From: Candidatus Gottesmanbacteria bacterium
Lineage (GTDB): Bacteria > Patescibacteriota > Microgenomatia > UBA10105 > UBA927
Direction of reading: 5' to 3'
DNA: 64,000 bases
NCBI GenBank assembly: GCA_023245335.1
Contig: JAHFKK010000001.1
Location: forward strand, 427,282 to 491,281
The stretch's first letter is position 1; each line of letters begins with the position of its first letter. A program made the translations under genes and the position numbers. Shown here one piece after another: positions 18,074 to 28,697 of this stretch. The notes under the pieces are model-generated. The model was not told the DNA's origin. It saw only the letters and a list, made by a program, of their open reading frames with translations, and ran no database searches.

Positions 18074-20182
18074 ATGGCAAATCCACAAACAACGCTGACA
18101 GAAGACCGAGACGTACCGCTTGATAAGGTGCGTAACATCGGTATCATCGCGCACATCGACGCGGGTAAAACTACCACGACCGAACGCATTCTCTACTACA
18201 CCGGACGTACGTATAAAATCGGTGATATCGACGAAGGCACCACCCAGATGGACTGGATGGAGCAGGAAAAAGAACGGGGAATTACCATTGTGTCAGCTGC
18301 TACTACCACTTTCTGGAAAAGCTACCGGTTTAACATCATTGACACACCGGGACATGTAGACTTCACCGCGGAGGTTGAGCGATCATTGCGCGTTCTGGAC
18401 GGGGGAATTACCGTCCTCGATGCAGAAGAGGGCGTGCAATCCCAATCCGAGACCGTGTGGCACCAGGCGGACAAATATAAAGTGCCGCGTATCTGTTTTA
18501 TCAACAAAATGGACAAAATCGGCGCGGACTTCCGTCATACCATCGGCCAGATCGAAGAGCGTTTGGGTGCGCGTACCGCCGTCATGGTGGTTCCGATCGG
18601 TCGGGAAGCGGCTCACAAAGGTATTGTCGACCTTCTGACGCTCAAAGCATATGTATGGAGTACGGATGACCTCGGAGCACATGCAGAAGAATTACCGGAA
18701 ATTCCTGCGGATCTCAAAGACGAAGTTACTAAATCCCGTCATGACCTCATCGAACGCATTTCCGAAACTGATGACGTCCTCATCGAAAAATATCTTGCAG
18801 GTGAAGAGCCGACAGTGCCCGAGCTCAAAGCGGCACTCCGCCGCGCAGTCATCGCATACAAATTAGTTCCGATTTATTGCGGTACCAGCCTCCGGAACAA
18901 AGGTGTCCAGCCGCTTCTGGATGCTGTCGTCGATTATCTGCCGTCGCCTCTCGATCTTCCGCCTGTTGATGGCATCGAACCCAGGACGGGAGAAAAGATC
19001 ACCCGCAAACGCGATCAAAGCGATCCGTTTTCGGGACTCGCGTTCAAGATTCAGATCGATCCGCACGTCGGAAAACTCACCTATGTCCGCATATATTCCG
19101 GCAAACTGGAATCCGGCTCTTATACCTGGAACTCGAGTAAAGGCGCGCAGGAGCGCGTCGGCCGACTCCTTCTCATGCATGCCAACCAGCGCGAAGAGAT
19201 AAAGGAAGCGTATGCAGGAGAGATTGTTGCCGTGGTAGGACTGAAAGACACAATCACCGGCGATACGCTTTCTGATCAGGATCACCCGATCGTTTTAGAA
19301 AAGATTATTTTCCCGGATCCTGTTATTTCGCTTGCCATCGAGCCTAAAACCAAAAACGATCAGGAGAAGATGGGATATGCGCTCCAGCGGCTCGCCGAAG
19401 AAGACCCGACATTTAAGATAAAAAGCAATCTCGAGACCAACCAGACCATTATCTGGGGTATGGGAGAGCTGCATCTGGAAATTCTTGTGGACCGCATGAA
19501 ACGCGAATTTAAAGTAGAAGCCAACGTCGGCGCGCCGCAGGTCGCGTACAAGGAAACGATTAAGAAACTCGCCGAAGGCGAAGGCAAATACATTCGCCAA
19601 ACCGGCGGTCATGGTCAATACGGTCACGCGCTTATCCGTATCGAACCCAAAGGCCGGGGAGAAGGATTTGAATTTATCGATGCGATAAAAGGCGCTACTA
19701 TTCCCAATGAGTTTATCGCGCCGGTAGAAAAAGGAATCAAGGAAGCCATGGAAAATGGCGTTCTCGCGGGCTATCCCCTCGTCGATATGTCAGCAACCCT
19801 TTATGACGGGAGCTACCACGACGTCGATTCTTCAGAAATCGCATTTAAGATAGCAGGAAGCATGGCGCTTCAGGATGCGGTCAAGCATGCAGATCCTACG
19901 ATTCTCGAGCCTATTATGAAGGTCGAGGTCACGACCCCGGATGAATACATGGGAGATGCAATCGGAGATTTATCCGCCAGGCGTGCGGAAATTCAGGGGA
20001 CGGAGAAGCGGGGAACGGTCACGATCATCCTTGCCATGGTGCCCCTTGCAGAGCTTTCCGGATACGCGACGGTTCTGCGGAGTTTGTCCAAAGGCCGCGC
20101 AACATATTACATGGAACCGAGCCATTATGAGGAAGTCCCGAAAAATATTCAGGAAAAGATCATTGCAAAAACAGTGGCCTGA
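18074..20182 (+). CDS. fusA: elongation factor G
   Basis: '[15 protein letters not shown]', 'DTPGHVDF', 'NKMD', 'GMGELHLE'. Confidence 0.99.
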   Translation: MANPQTTLTEDRDVPLDKVRNIGIIAHIDAGKTTTTERILYYTGRTYKIGDIDEGTTQMDWMEQEKERGITIVSAATTTFWKSYRFNIIDTPGHVDFTAEVERSLRVLDGGITVLDAEEGVQSQSETVWHQADKYKVPRICFINKMDKIGADFRHTIGQIEERLGARTAVMVVPIGREAAHKGIVDLLTLKAYVWSTDDLGAHAEELPEIPADLKDEVTKSRHDLIERISETDDVLIEKYLAGEEPTVPELKAALRRAVIAYKLVPIYCGTSLRNKGVQPLLDAVVDYLPSPLDLPPVDGIEPRTGEKITRKRDQSDPFSGLAFKIQIDPHVGKLTYVRIYSGKLESGSYTWNSSKGAQERVGRLLLMHANQREEIKEAYAGEIVAVVGLKDTITGDTLSDQDHPIVLEKIIFPDPVISLAIEPKTKNDQEKMGYALQRLAEEDPTFKIKSNLETNQTIIWGMGELHLEILVDRMKREFKVEANVGAPQVAYKETIKKLAEGEGKYIRQTGGHGQYGHALIRIEPKGRGEGFEFIDAIKGATIPNEFIAPVEKGIKEAMENGVLAGYPLVDMSATLYDGSYHDVDSSEIAFKIAGSMALQDAVKHADPTILEPIMKVEVTTPDEYMGDAIGDLSARRAEIQGTEKRGTVTIILAMVPLAELSGYATVLRSLSKGRATYYMEPSHYEEVPKNIQEKIIAKTVA

Positions 20183-20246
20183 TGATAAAATAAACACGCG
20201 ATCACATTGTTGAGTCGTACTTATTGGTTTATTAAAGGAGGAAGTT

Positions 20247-21434
20247 ATGGCTGATGCTGCAAAATATGTTCGGACGAAACCACATTTGAATATCGGAACC
20301 ATTGGGCACGTTGATCATGGTAAGACCACACTTACATCAGCCATCACGCACGTCTTGGCAAAAGTTGGTATGGCCAAAGCCCTCAAATATGAGGAAATCG
20401 ATAACGCTCCGGAGGAAAAGGCCCGAGGCGTCACCATCAACATCCATCACTCTGAATACGAAACAGCAAAACGGCACTATGCACACATCGATGCGCCGGG
20501 ACATGCTGACTATGTCAAAAATATGATTACCGGAGCCGCCCAGATGGACGGAGCGATATTGGTCGTTTCCGCGCCGGACGGTCCTATGCCGCAGACCCGG
20601 GAACACATTTTGCTTGCCAAACAGGTAAATGTGCCGGCAATTGTCGTATTTATGAACAAATGCGACATGGTACAGGATAAAGAGCTTTTGGACCTCGTCG
20701 AAATGGAAGTCCGTGAGCTTCTGACCAAATACGGATATCCCGGCGACAAGATTCCGGTCATCCGCGGAAGTGCTCTCAAAGCGCTCCAGGGTGATGCCGA
20801 AGCGGAAAATTCTATTACCGAGCTCATGAAGACGGTCGACGAGTACGTGCCGGAACCGGTACGGGAACTCGACAAACCGTTCCTCATGCCGATTGAAGAC
20901 GTCTTTTCTATCAAGGGTCGAGGTACGGTCGTTACCGGCCGCATAACCCGAGGAAAAGTCAAAGTCGGTGAGACGGTTGAGATCATCGGTATTAAGGCCA
21001 CGCAACCCACAGTGGTTACGGGAGTCGAAATGTTCCGGAAATCACTCGACGAAGGACTCGCAGGCGACAACGTCGGTATTCTTCTTCGCGGAGTGGAAAA
21101 AGAACAGGTCGAACGCGGACAAGTGTTAGCCGCTCCGGGCAGCGTCAAGCCGCATACGGAATTTGAATCCGAAGTATACGTCCTGACGAAAGAAGAGGGT
21201 GGACGTCACACACCGTTCTTCACCGGGTACCGACCACAATTCTATATCCAGACGACAGACGTGACCGGAGAAGTGACTTTGCCGCAAGGCGTTGAGATGG
21301 TCATGCCGGGAGACAGCACAAAGATGGTTGTTAAGCTGATTGTGCCGGTCGCTCTTGAAGAAGGATTGCGATTTGCTATCCGAGAAGGTGGACATACAGT
21401 TGCAAGCGGAGTTGTTACAAAAATTGTTGCTTAA
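20247..21434 (+). CDS. tuf: elongation factor Tu
   Basis: '[11 protein letters not shown]', '[20 protein letters not shown]'; SD AAGGAGG. Confidence 0.99.
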   Translation: MADAAKYVRTKPHLNIGTIGHVDHGKTTLTSAITHVLAKVGMAKALKYEEIDNAPEEKARGVTINIHHSEYETAKRHYAHIDAPGHADYVKNMITGAAQMDGAILVVSAPDGPMPQTREHILLAKQVNVPAIVVFMNKCDMVQDKELLDLVEMEVRELLTKYGYPGDKIPVIRGSALKALQGDAEAENSITELMKTVDEYVPEPVRELDKPFLMPIEDVFSIKGRGTVVTGRITRGKVKVGETVEIIGIKATQPTVVTGVEMFRKSLDEGLAGDNVGILLRGVEKEQVERGQVLAAPGSVKPHTEFESEVYVLTKEEGGRHTPFFTGYRPQFYIQTTDVTGEVTLPQGVEMVMPGDSTKMVVKLIVPVALEEGLRFAIREGGHTVASGVVTKIVA

Positions 21435-21441
21435 GCGGAGC

Positions 21442-21529
21442 GTCTTTACGCGACGTCTCGAGGCGCGAAGCGCCGAGAGATCCCAACGGGATCCCTCGAC
21501 AAAGCTCGGGATGAAGCTGTCAAAGAGAC
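21442..21529. repeat. REP-like branched palindromic element
   Basis: Stems GTCTCGAG/CTCGGGAT, GGCGC-gaa-GCGCC and CGAGAGATCCC-aac-GGGATCCCTCG. Confidence 0.65.
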
Positions 21530-21557
21530 ATCTTCACTTGGCACCTTACAAACCATA

Positions 21558-21866
21558 ATGCCGAAAGGTCGCATACGAGTCAGGCTCAAAGCCTATGACA
21601 GCAGGATCATTGATGACTGTTGTCAAAAAATATTAGACACGGCGGTGAGAACCGGGGCACGGGTCGTCGGACCCATCCCGCTTCCTACCGACAAGCAGCA
21701 CTTTAATGTCGCCAAAGCGACATTTATTGACCGCAATAGCCGTGAAGATTTTATGATCCGTGTGCACAAGCGACTTATCGACATTGTGGAACCGACAGAC
21801 AAAACCATCGACCAGCTCATGCACCTGGACCTGCCAGCAGGCGTGGACATTGAGCTCAAGATGTAA
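21558..21866 (+). CDS. rpsJ: 30S ribosomal protein S10
   Basis: 'IRVRLKAYD', 'GPIPLPT', 'HKRLIDI', 'LPAGVDI'. Confidence 0.98.
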   Translation: MPKGRIRVRLKAYDSRIIDDCCQKILDTAVRTGARVVGPIPLPTDKQHFNVAKATFIDRNSREDFMIRVHKRLIDIVEPTDKTIDQLMHLDLPAGVDIELKM

Positions 21867-21867
21867 T

Positions 21868-21896
21868 TTGAGTTATCGGGGATACTTTGGTATACT
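21868..21896 (+). promoter_or_regulatory. internal promoter upstream of rplC
   Basis: TTGAGT-17 nt-TATACT with extended TG. Confidence 0.6.
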
Positions 21897-21993
21897 TGAA
21901 GATAGATTGATATGACGCGACAGCGTACGTATCGGGAACATCGGTACACCAAAAGTCTCGGATGAGCGTAATTTCCGCCAATCGGCGGAAGTA

Positions 21994-22020
21994 GACGACC
22001 TCGACCGAGGTCGTTTTTTT
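21994..22020 (+). terminator. intrinsic terminator-like hairpin in rplC leader
   Basis: GACGACCTC-gacc-GAGGTCGTT with a T-run to 22020, preceded by hairpin 21971-21992. Confidence 0.7.
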
Positions 22021-22033
22021 GTTGGTGAAGACT

Positions 22034-22675
22034 ATGATCACATCACTATTAGCATTGAAGCAGTCACAATCTCAGACGTTTACCGAAAACGGGAAGCGGA
22101 TTCCCGTCACGGTCGTTTTGGCCGGTCCGAATTGGGTGACGACTCTGACAGATACACCGGATCATAAAACAATTCAGCTCGGATTCGGTACCATCAAAAA
22201 CCTTAGCAAGCCGGAAATAGGACATATAAAGAAAGCGGGGCTCGACAAAAAGCTCCGTTTTTTGCGCAATTTCACGGTCGAGGACCTAGAGGGTCTGACC
22301 TTGGGCGGTCACGTAAAAGTCGAACAGGTTTTCGCGCCGGGCGATGTGATTCGCGTCCAGGGAACGAGCAAGGGCAAAGGATTTGCAGGGGTTGTCAAAC
22401 GCCATCATTTCCGCGGCGGTCCCAGGACCCACGGTCAGTCTGACCGGGAGCGCGCACCGGGATCCATCGGGCAAACGACGACACCGGGTCGTGTCTATAA
22501 AGGCAAGCGTATGGCGGGACGCATGGGCAGTGATACGATTACCGTCCGAAATCTCACCGTCGTCGCTGTCGATCCGACCGCACAGACACTCACGATCAAA
22601 GGATTAGTACCAGGAGCCAAAAACGGGCTCCTTGTCGTTTCTAAAGAACCCAAGCATCCGGTAAAGAAGGAATAA
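22034..22675 (+). CDS. rplC: 50S ribosomal protein L3
   Basis: 'SKGKGFAGVVKRH', 'PGRVYKGKRMAG'. Confidence 0.98.
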   Translation: MITSLLALKQSQSQTFTENGKRIPVTVVLAGPNWVTTLTDTPDHKTIQLGFGTIKNLSKPEIGHIKKAGLDKKLRFLRNFTVEDLEGLTLGGHVKVEQVFAPGDVIRVQGTSKGKGFAGVVKRHHFRGGPRTHGQSDRERAPGSIGQTTTPGRVYKGKRMAGRMGSDTITVRNLTVVAVDPTAQTLTIKGLVPGAKNGLLVVSKEPKHPVKKE

Positions 22676-22676
22676 T

Positions 22677-23420
22677 ATGGCACCAAAAGCAAACGCGAAA
22701 CCAGTCAAAAAGGCAGCACCGAAGGCAAAAGTAACCAAAGCTCCGGTGAAGGCTGTGGAATCCAAAAAAGAACCGACGGAAAAATCAACAGGTCTCGTCG
22801 TTTCCGTTCTGGGAGTAGATGGCAAGGCGGCCGGTCATGTGACGCTTCCTGCAGAGCTTTTTGGCGTGAAAGTGAATAAAGCCATACTTGCCCAGGCAGT
22901 CCGCGTGTATCTTGCCAATCAGCGAGCAGGGTCTGCTTCCACCAAGACGAGAGGCGAAGTTGAAGGTTCTACCCGCAAAATATATAAGCAAAAGGGTACC
23001 GGACGCGCACGGCACGGCGGCATCAGGGCTCCTATATTTGTCGGCGGAGGCGTTACGTTTGGTCCCAAGCCGCATGACTTTACACTTAATATGTCCAAAA
23101 GCATGAGGCATGTAGCCCTTGCATCCGCACTCTCCGAGAAACAGGCGAATCATGACATCATTGTCGTTGACGGATTTGAGGCACTGGAACCGAAAACCAA
23201 GCTGGTGGCGGCAGCACTCGGAGCAGCAGGGGCAGTCGGCGGCACCATTCTGTTTGCCGTACCGAAGGAAGCCGTCAATCTACGAAAGGCCGCGAGAAAC
23301 ATAGCGAAACTCGATATTCTTCGCGCGACGGATCTACATCCATACGCTGTTCTCACACACGCAAAACTCGTTATCACGAAAACTGCTCTCGATGAGGCAA
23401 AGCATAATTTTATCAAATAA
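22677..23420 (+). CDS. rplD: 50S ribosomal protein L4 (Lys/Ala-rich N-terminal extension)
   Basis: '[22 protein letters not shown]'. Confidence 0.98.
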   Translation: MAPKANAKPVKKAAPKAKVTKAPVKAVESKKEPTEKSTGLVVSVLGVDGKAAGHVTLPAELFGVKVNKAILAQAVRVYLANQRAGSASTKTRGEVEGSTRKIYKQKGTGRARHGGIRAPIFVGGGVTFGPKPHDFTLNMSKSMRHVALASALSEKQANHDIIVVDGFEALEPKTKLVAAALGAAGAVGGTILFAVPKEAVNLRKAARNIAKLDILRATDLHPYAVLTHAKLVITKTALDEAKHNFIK

Positions 23421-23423
23421 TTT

Positions 23424-23729
23424 ATGACACACACGATCATACAAAGACCGCTCATTACCGAAAAATCCATGACACTCGCCCAGCGGGGATGGTATACGTT
23501 TGCGGTGACGAAGACCGCTCGCAAAGAAATGATTGCGAAAGCGATTAGCCGACTTTACAATGTCCAGGTTCGTGACGTGCGGACAATTAAAAAGGTCGGA
23601 AAAGTACATCGGGCAGGAAAGAAAATGATCAGGGTACAGAAGCCGGATTGGAAAAAAGCCATGGTGAAACTAGCGAAGGGTCAGCGCATCCCGGTATTTG
23701 AAGTAACGGGAGCGACTGAGAAAGCCTAA
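23424..23729 (+). CDS. rplW: 50S ribosomal protein L23
   Basis: 'PLITEKS', 'WKKAMVKL'; operon position. Confidence 0.96.
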   Translation: MTHTIIQRPLITEKSMTLAQRGWYTFAVTKTARKEMIAKAISRLYNVQVRDVRTIKKVGKVHRAGKKMIRVQKPDWKKAMVKLAKGQRIPVFEVTGATEKA

Positions 23730-23733
23730 CTCT

Positions 23734-24489
23734 ATGCAAAAAGTAAGCGTCCGATCACTCATGAATATATTGCCGAAACGTTCCGGACGGGACATGTTCG
23801 GTCACGTGTCGGCGCATCACCAGGGCGGCCGGGAGAAGCGCTTTTTGCGTACGATCGATTGGAAACGGCAAAAAGACGGCGTACCTGCGAAGGTTATGAC
23901 TATCGAGTATGACCCGAACCGATCCGCAGATATAGCACTTCTCTTCTATAAAGACGGAGACAAACAGTATATACTTGCTCCTCAGGGTTTGAAGGTTGGA
24001 GCGGTAGTCCGATCAGGAGCAGGCATAGACGCCAATGTTGGCAATACGCTGCCTCTTCGGGATATACCGGTCGGTACAGTTGTACACAATCTGGAAATCA
24101 AACCGGGAAGAGGCGCCCAGATGGTCCGGTCAGCCGGCAACAGCGCAACGGTTTTGGCTAAAGACGGTGATGCTATACAAGTGAAGCTGCCTTCCGGTGA
24201 GGTTCGTGCATTTGTCGGTAAGTGCCGGGCGACGGTCGGTCAAGTCGGCAACGAGGAATGGAAAAATCGCGTTATCGGCACCGCCGGTCGCAGCCGGCAT
24301 ATGGGTATACGTCCGACAGTTCGGGGAGTCGCGCAGAATCCGAGAAGCCATCCGCACGGCGGAGGAGAAGGACGAAGCGGCATCGGTATGAAATCACCGA
24401 AATCTCCATGGGGAAAGAGAACGCTTGGTAAAAAGACACGAACAAAACGCAAATACAGCAATAAGTCTATTTTGCAGCGGAGGAAATAA
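23734..24489 (+). CDS. rplB: 50S ribosomal protein L2
   Basis: 'IEYDPNRSA', 'RPTVRG', 'HPHGGGEGR'. Confidence 0.98.
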   Translation: MQKVSVRSLMNILPKRSGRDMFGHVSAHHQGGREKRFLRTIDWKRQKDGVPAKVMTIEYDPNRSADIALLFYKDGDKQYILAPQGLKVGAVVRSGAGIDANVGNTLPLRDIPVGTVVHNLEIKPGRGAQMVRSAGNSATVLAKDGDAIQVKLPSGEVRAFVGKCRATVGQVGNEEWKNRVIGTAGRSRHMGIRPTVRGVAQNPRSHPHGGGEGRSGIGMKSPKSPWGKRTLGKKTRTKRKYSNKSILQRRK

Positions 24490-24492
24490 TAT

Positions 24493-24777
24493 ATGGCACG
24501 AAGCAACAAAAAAGGTCCGTACATAGATAAAAACCTTATTACGAAAGTAAATAAACAAAAGGGTGGAGCAAGCCGTACACCGATTAAAACCTGGGCGCGG
24601 GACAGCCAGATTCCGCCGGATTTCGTGGGCGTGACGTTTGCAGTTCATAATGGTCGCGTATTTACCGAAGTGTTTGTGACGGAAGCCATGGTCGGACACC
24701 GATTGGGTGAATTTTCTCCGACACGGACATTCCGGGGACACGGTCAAGTGACCAAACGAGTACTCGATAAGACATAA
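24493..24777 (+). CDS. rpsS: 30S ribosomal protein S19
   Basis: 'RSNKKGPY', '[13 protein letters not shown]'. Confidence 0.98.
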   Translation: MARSNKKGPYIDKNLITKVNKQKGGASRTPIKTWARDSQIPPDFVGVTFAVHNGRVFTEVFVTEAMVGHRLGEFSPTRTFRGHGQVTKRVLDKT

Positions 24778-24781
24778 ACCT

Positions 24782-25162
24782 ATGGAATACCAAGCAACAG
24801 CAAAATATATTCGGGTGTCGACACGCAAAGTGCGGCTTCTCGCAGACAGCATTCGTGGTATGAAGGCTCTGGAAGCAGTCGGCATTCTTCGGGCGACCCC
24901 GCAGCATGCGGCTAAGCCTATGGTTGATGCAATTATGTCAGCGGTAGCAAACGCCACCCAAAAACAGGCAGCTGCCGATAGTTTGAAGATTGCCGCAATT
25001 GACGTCATGGGGGGACCAGCGCTTAAGCGTTGGCATGCAGCGTCCAAAGGCATGGCGCATCCTTTCAAAAAACGCATGAGTCATATCAAAGTTATCTTGA
25101 CCGATGGCGTTACTAAAGTGAATACGGAAGAAAAGAAGGAAGTCATTAAAGGGGGCAAATAA
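24782..25162 (+). CDS. rplV: 50S ribosomal protein L22
   Basis: 'AKYIRVSTRKVR', 'SAVANA', 'KRMSHIKVIL'. Confidence 0.97.
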   Translation: MEYQATAKYIRVSTRKVRLLADSIRGMKALEAVGILRATPQHAAKPMVDAIMSAVANATQKQAAADSLKIAAIDVMGGPALKRWHAASKGMAHPFKKRMSHIKVILTDGVTKVNTEEKKEVIKGGK

Positions 25163-25165
25163 CTT

Positions 25166-25843
25166 ATGGGACAAAAAGTTCATCCATACGGATTTAGACT
25201 CGGACCATTGTATACATGGATATCCCGGTGGTTCGCCGATGATTCTCGCTATGCCGGTCTCCTCATACAGGACGTCTTACTGCGGGAAGAGCTCATGAAG
25301 CGCCTGAAGACGGCGGGACTTGCCCAGGCCGAGATTGAACGCTCAATTAACAAAATTCGGGTGATTTTACACGTCTCCCGTCCGGGCATGGTGATTGGCC
25401 GGGGCGGCACAGGCTTAGAGGACATCAAAAAGTTTGTTGAAAAAACACTGGTAACGATCGCAAAAGAAAAACGGTTGGGGAAAGTCGTCTTTGATCCGAC
25501 AAAAATGAAAGTAGAAGTCGTCGTCGAACCGATCAAAGAACCGAATTTGAGTGCACAGATTGTCGCGAGTAACATTGCGGATCAGCTAATAAAGCGCATG
25601 CCGCATAAACGGATTTGTGTACAGACACTCGATCGGGTCATGACGGCAGGAGCAAACGGCGTAAAGATTAAACTCGCAGGGCGTATCGCCGGCGCAGAAA
25701 TTTCGCGTCGGGAAACGTACAAATCAGGAAGCATTCCGCTTTCTACGATTCGGGAACAGGTAGAGTACGCGGAAGTGCCGGCACTTACGAAATCAGGATA
25801 TATCGGCGTAAAAGTATGGATTTATAAGAAAGCGAGTAATTAG
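25166..25843 (+). CDS. rpsC: 30S ribosomal protein S3
   Basis: 'MGQKVHPYGFRLG', 'RPGMVIGRGG', 'GVKVWI'. Confidence 0.98.
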   Translation: MGQKVHPYGFRLGPLYTWISRWFADDSRYAGLLIQDVLLREELMKRLKTAGLAQAEIERSINKIRVILHVSRPGMVIGRGGTGLEDIKKFVEKTLVTIAKEKRLGKVVFDPTKMKVEVVVEPIKEPNLSAQIVASNIADQLIKRMPHKRICVQTLDRVMTAGANGVKIKLAGRIAGAEISRRETYKSGSIPLSTIREQVEYAEVPALTKSGYIGVKVWIYKKASN

Positions 25844-25851
25844 AAAATAGA

Positions 25852-25906
25852 GAGTAGTGAGTAGGAAAATAGTAATGCATCACATACTATTTTCTATTTA
25901 CTACTC
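25852..25906. repeat. 7-nt-periodic imperfect inverted repeat
   Basis: GAGTAGTGAGTAGGAAAATAGTA ... TACTATTTTCTATTTACTACTC, stem of about 22 bp. Confidence 0.6.
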
Positions 25907-25921
25907 ACGTATTACTAATAT

Positions 25922-26338
25922 ATGTTAGCACCAAAACGAGCCAAACATCGTAAATCGTTCCGGGGCAAAATGCGGGGAAAATCCATCCGGGGTTCCGTAC
26001 TATCCTTCGGAGAGTTCGGTTTGAAGGCGATGGAAGCCGGTTGGGTGAGCAGCCGTCAGATAGAAGCTGCCCGTCGGGCATTGACACACAGTATCAGGCG
26101 CGGAGGACGCGTATGGATCCGGATATTTCCGGATAAGCCGATTACCAAAAAGCCTCCGGAAACCCGTATGGGAAGCGGTAAAGGCGATGTCGCTGAATAC
26201 GTCTGTGTTGTGCGGCCGGGACGGGTAGTTTTTGAGATGTCAGGAGTCAGCCGGGAAGCAGCCGCGGAAGCGATGCGCTTGGCAGGAGTGAAGTTACCGA
26301 TTAAAGCGAAGTTTATGAGTCGGAGTGAATCCGTATGA
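25922..26338 (+). CDS. rplP: 50S ribosomal protein L16
   Basis: 'QIEAARRA', 'WIRIFPDKP', 'RMGSGKG'. Confidence 0.98.
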   Translation: MLAPKRAKHRKSFRGKMRGKSIRGSVLSFGEFGLKAMEAGWVSSRQIEAARRALTHSIRRGGRVWIRIFPDKPITKKPPETRMGSGKGDVAEYVCVVRPGRVVFEMSGVSREAAAEAMRLAGVKLPIKAKFMSRSESV

Positions 26339-26544
26339 AAAAAAACGACAAAGACCAAATAATGAGTGCGGCACCCGCAGAGCTTCTGAAGAAATCGACC
26401 GAGCTCATGAAACAGATTTCTGATGAGATTCTGAAGCGCCAGAATGGTAATGTCAAAAACGTACACACGGTGAAGACATTGCGACGGAAACTTGCAGTCG
26501 TGCTTTCGGTGAAGCGGGCTCATGAGTTAGCACAGAAAGGCTAA
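26335..26544 (+). CDS. rpmC: 50S ribosomal protein L29
   Basis: Between rplP and rpsQ; helical basic protein with 'KN.H.VK.LRR.LA'. Confidence 0.85.
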   Translation: MKKNDKDQIMSAAPAELLKKSTELMKQISDEILKRQNGNVKNVHTVKTLRRKLAVVLSVKRAHELAQKG

Positions 26545-26554
26545 GGGAAATGAT

Positions 26555-26836
26555 ATGGCAGACACAGCAAAACAAACAAATGTTACGGTAAAGAATCCCC
26601 AAAAGCGGGATCTGGATGGTACGGTTATTTCGATTGCATCGAAACAGACCGTGATTGTGGAAGTGGTCCGATCTTCCCGGCATCCGTTATACAAAAAGAT
26701 GGTCAAACGTACAAAACATTTTGCCGTACACAACGAAGTCGAAGGCATCGCCGTCGGCGATCACGTACGGATTGCCGAAAGCCGGCCGATGAGCAAAACA
26801 AAACATTTTAAGATGGTTGGAAAGGTAGCGAGGTAA
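26555..26836 (+). CDS. rpsQ: 30S ribosomal protein S17
   Basis: 'HPLYKK', 'GDHVRIAESRPMSKTK'. Confidence 0.97.
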   Translation: MADTAKQTNVTVKNPQKRDLDGTVISIASKQTVIVEVVRSSRHPLYKKMVKRTKHFAVHNEVEGIAVGDHVRIAESRPMSKTKHFKMVGKVAR

Positions 26837-26840
26837 GCGT

Positions 26841-27215
26841 ATGGTACAGCGGAGAACCAGTTTAGTCGTCGCAGATAACTCAGGAGCGCTTGAGATGGTC
26901 ATCATACATATTTACGGCGCATCCAAAAAGATGACGGCGACTCTTGGTGATATCGTCCAGTGCGTCGTGAAGCGGGCAGACCCGTTGGGTATCGTCAAAG
27001 ACGATGAGTTGGTGACGGTCGCGATCGTACGGGTGAGAAAAGAATATCACCGTGAAGACGGATCGTACATCCGATTTGACGAGAATGCCGGCGTCGTCAT
27101 CGACAACGCGAAAGACAAAAATCCCCGCGGGACGCGCGTGTTCGGTCCGATTGCCCGCGAGCTAAAAGAAAAAGGATTTGATAAAATAGCAAGTCTTGCA
27201 GAGGAAGTGTATTAA
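26841..27215 (+). CDS. rplN: 50S ribosomal protein L14
   Basis: 'VADNSGA', 'DGSYIRFDENA', 'GTRVFGPIAREL'. Confidence 0.98.
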   Translation: MVQRRTSLVVADNSGALEMVIIHIYGASKKMTATLGDIVQCVVKRADPLGIVKDDELVTVAIVRVRKEYHREDGSYIRFDENAGVVIDNAKDKNPRGTRVFGPIARELKEKGFDKIASLAEEVY

Positions 27216-27229
27216 TTATTTGATATCGT

Positions 27230-27535
27230 ATGAAACTTAAAAAAGGTGACACCATTATCGTGACGGTCGGGAAAGACAAGGGAAAGAAGGGGAAAGTCGA
27301 ACAGATTATTCCCTCGACTGCGACCATAGTGGTCCCGGGCATCAATGTCTTCAAGCGCCATATGAAGCGTAAAGACGATAAGAATCCCGGGGGCATCATT
27401 GATCTGGTCAAACCGATCGGTATGGGAAAAGTCGCTCTCGTTTGTCCGTCTTGCGGCAAGCCGACACGGGTGGGCTACATCGTTGCCAAAAACGAAAAGG
27501 TACGGATCTGTAAAAAATGCGGTAAGAAAATATAA
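27230..27535 (+). CDS. rplX: 50S ribosomal protein L24
   Basis: KOW motif 'KKGDTIIVTVGKDKGKKG'; two CxxC pairs. Confidence 0.97.
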   Translation: MKLKKGDTIIVTVGKDKGKKGKVEQIIPSTATIVVPGINVFKRHMKRKDDKNPGGIIDLVKPIGMGKVALVCPSCGKPTRVGYIVAKNEKVRICKKCGKKI

Positions 27536-27537
27536 CT

Positions 27538-28095
27538 ATGAATACATTGCAGAGCACATACAAAACAGAACTAGTTCCGAAACTCATGACAGAGCTCGGG
27601 ATTACGAATCGTATGGCTGTCCCCAAGCTCACCAAAATTGTGATAAACTGCGGCATTGGCGCCGAAGCACTTAAAGACAAGAAGATCATAGAAAAAGTAC
27701 GTGAGCAGTTAGGCGTCATCAGCGGACAAAGACCGCAGTTGACCAGAGCCAAAAGAGCGATCTCGACGTTTAAATTGCGGGCCGGCGATCCGGTCGGGCT
27801 GCGGGTAACGTTACGCGGTACACGCATGTACGATTTTTTGACCCGGTTAATTTCGCTCGCATTACCACGGGTACGTGACTTTCGCGGTATCCCGCGAAAA
27901 GGCTTTGATGGCAAAGGGAATTACACGTTGGGAATTGTGGAACAAACGATATTTGCAGAAGTCGAATACAGCATGATTGATAGGATCCGCGGATTTGAGG
28001 TGACATTTGTCACGACCGCGACAGATGACCGGCAAGGGGTAGCGCTTTTGACCGCTTTGGGCATGCCGTTTGAGAAAGACGGTACGGAGAAATAA
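27538..28095 (+). CDS. rplE: 50S ribosomal protein L5
   Basis: 'VPKLTKIVIN.G', 'LPRVRDFRG', 'FDGKGNY'. Confidence 0.98.
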   Translation: MNTLQSTYKTELVPKLMTELGITNRMAVPKLTKIVINCGIGAEALKDKKIIEKVREQLGVISGQRPQLTRAKRAISTFKLRAGDPVGLRVTLRGTRMYDFLTRLISLALPRVRDFRGIPRKGFDGKGNYTLGIVEQTIFAEVEYSMIDRIRGFEVTFVTTATDDRQGVALLTALGMPFEKDGTEK

Positions 28096-28098
28096 TAT

Positions 28099-28284
28099 AT
28101 GGCAAAAACATCAGACATCGTCAAATTTGAGCACAAGCAAAAGTATGCCGTCAGGCATCGGAACCGCTGCGTTCTCTGCGGAAGGTCGCGGGCATACATG
28201 AGAAAATTTAAGATGTGCCGCATTTGTTTCCGGAAACTCGCCCATAAGGGAGAATTGCCGGGAGTAGTGAAGGCGTCATGGTAA
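28099..28284 (+). CDS. rpsZ: 30S ribosomal protein S14 type Z (zinc-binding)
   Basis: 61 aa with 'RCVLCGR' and 'CRICFR', ending 'KASW'. Confidence 0.96.
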   Translation: MAKTSDIVKFEHKQKYAVRHRNRCVLCGRSRAYMRKFKMCRICFRKLAHKGELPGVVKASW

Positions 28285-28297
28285 AGGAGAGTCACCT

Positions 28298-28693
28298 ATG
28301 GTTATAAACGATCCTATCGGAGACATGTTAACGCGTATAAGAAACGCAGCTTTGGCGCACAAAAAAACCGTGGAATTGCCCGGCAGCAGCGTCAAACAGG
28401 CCGTCGCCCAGATTCTTTCCAAAGAAGGGTACTTAACGTCCGTGGAAAAAGTGCAAAGCGAACACGGCATGACGCTTCGTTTGGAGCTCGCGTATGAGGG
28501 AAAAGAACCGGTATTGACGGGGGTAAAGAGAATCAGTAAACCAGGACTCCGTTGGTACGTCGGCAAAAAGAAAATCCCCATGGTCATGGGAGGAACGGGA
28601 ATATCCATCGTGAGTACTCCCCAGGGAGTCATGAACGGAAAAGAAGCACGGACAAAAGGTATCGGCGGAGAATTATTGTGTGAGGTTTGGTAA
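28298..28693 (+). CDS. rpsH: 30S ribosomal protein S8
   Basis: 'DPIGDMLTRIRNA', 'RISKPGLR', 'GGEL'. Confidence 0.98.
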   Translation: MVINDPIGDMLTRIRNAALAHKKTVELPGSSVKQAVAQILSKEGYLTSVEKVQSEHGMTLRLELAYEGKEPVLTGVKRISKPGLRWYVGKKKIPMVMGGTGISIVSTPQGVMNGKEARTKGIGGELLCEVW

Positions 28694-28697
28694 ACAT

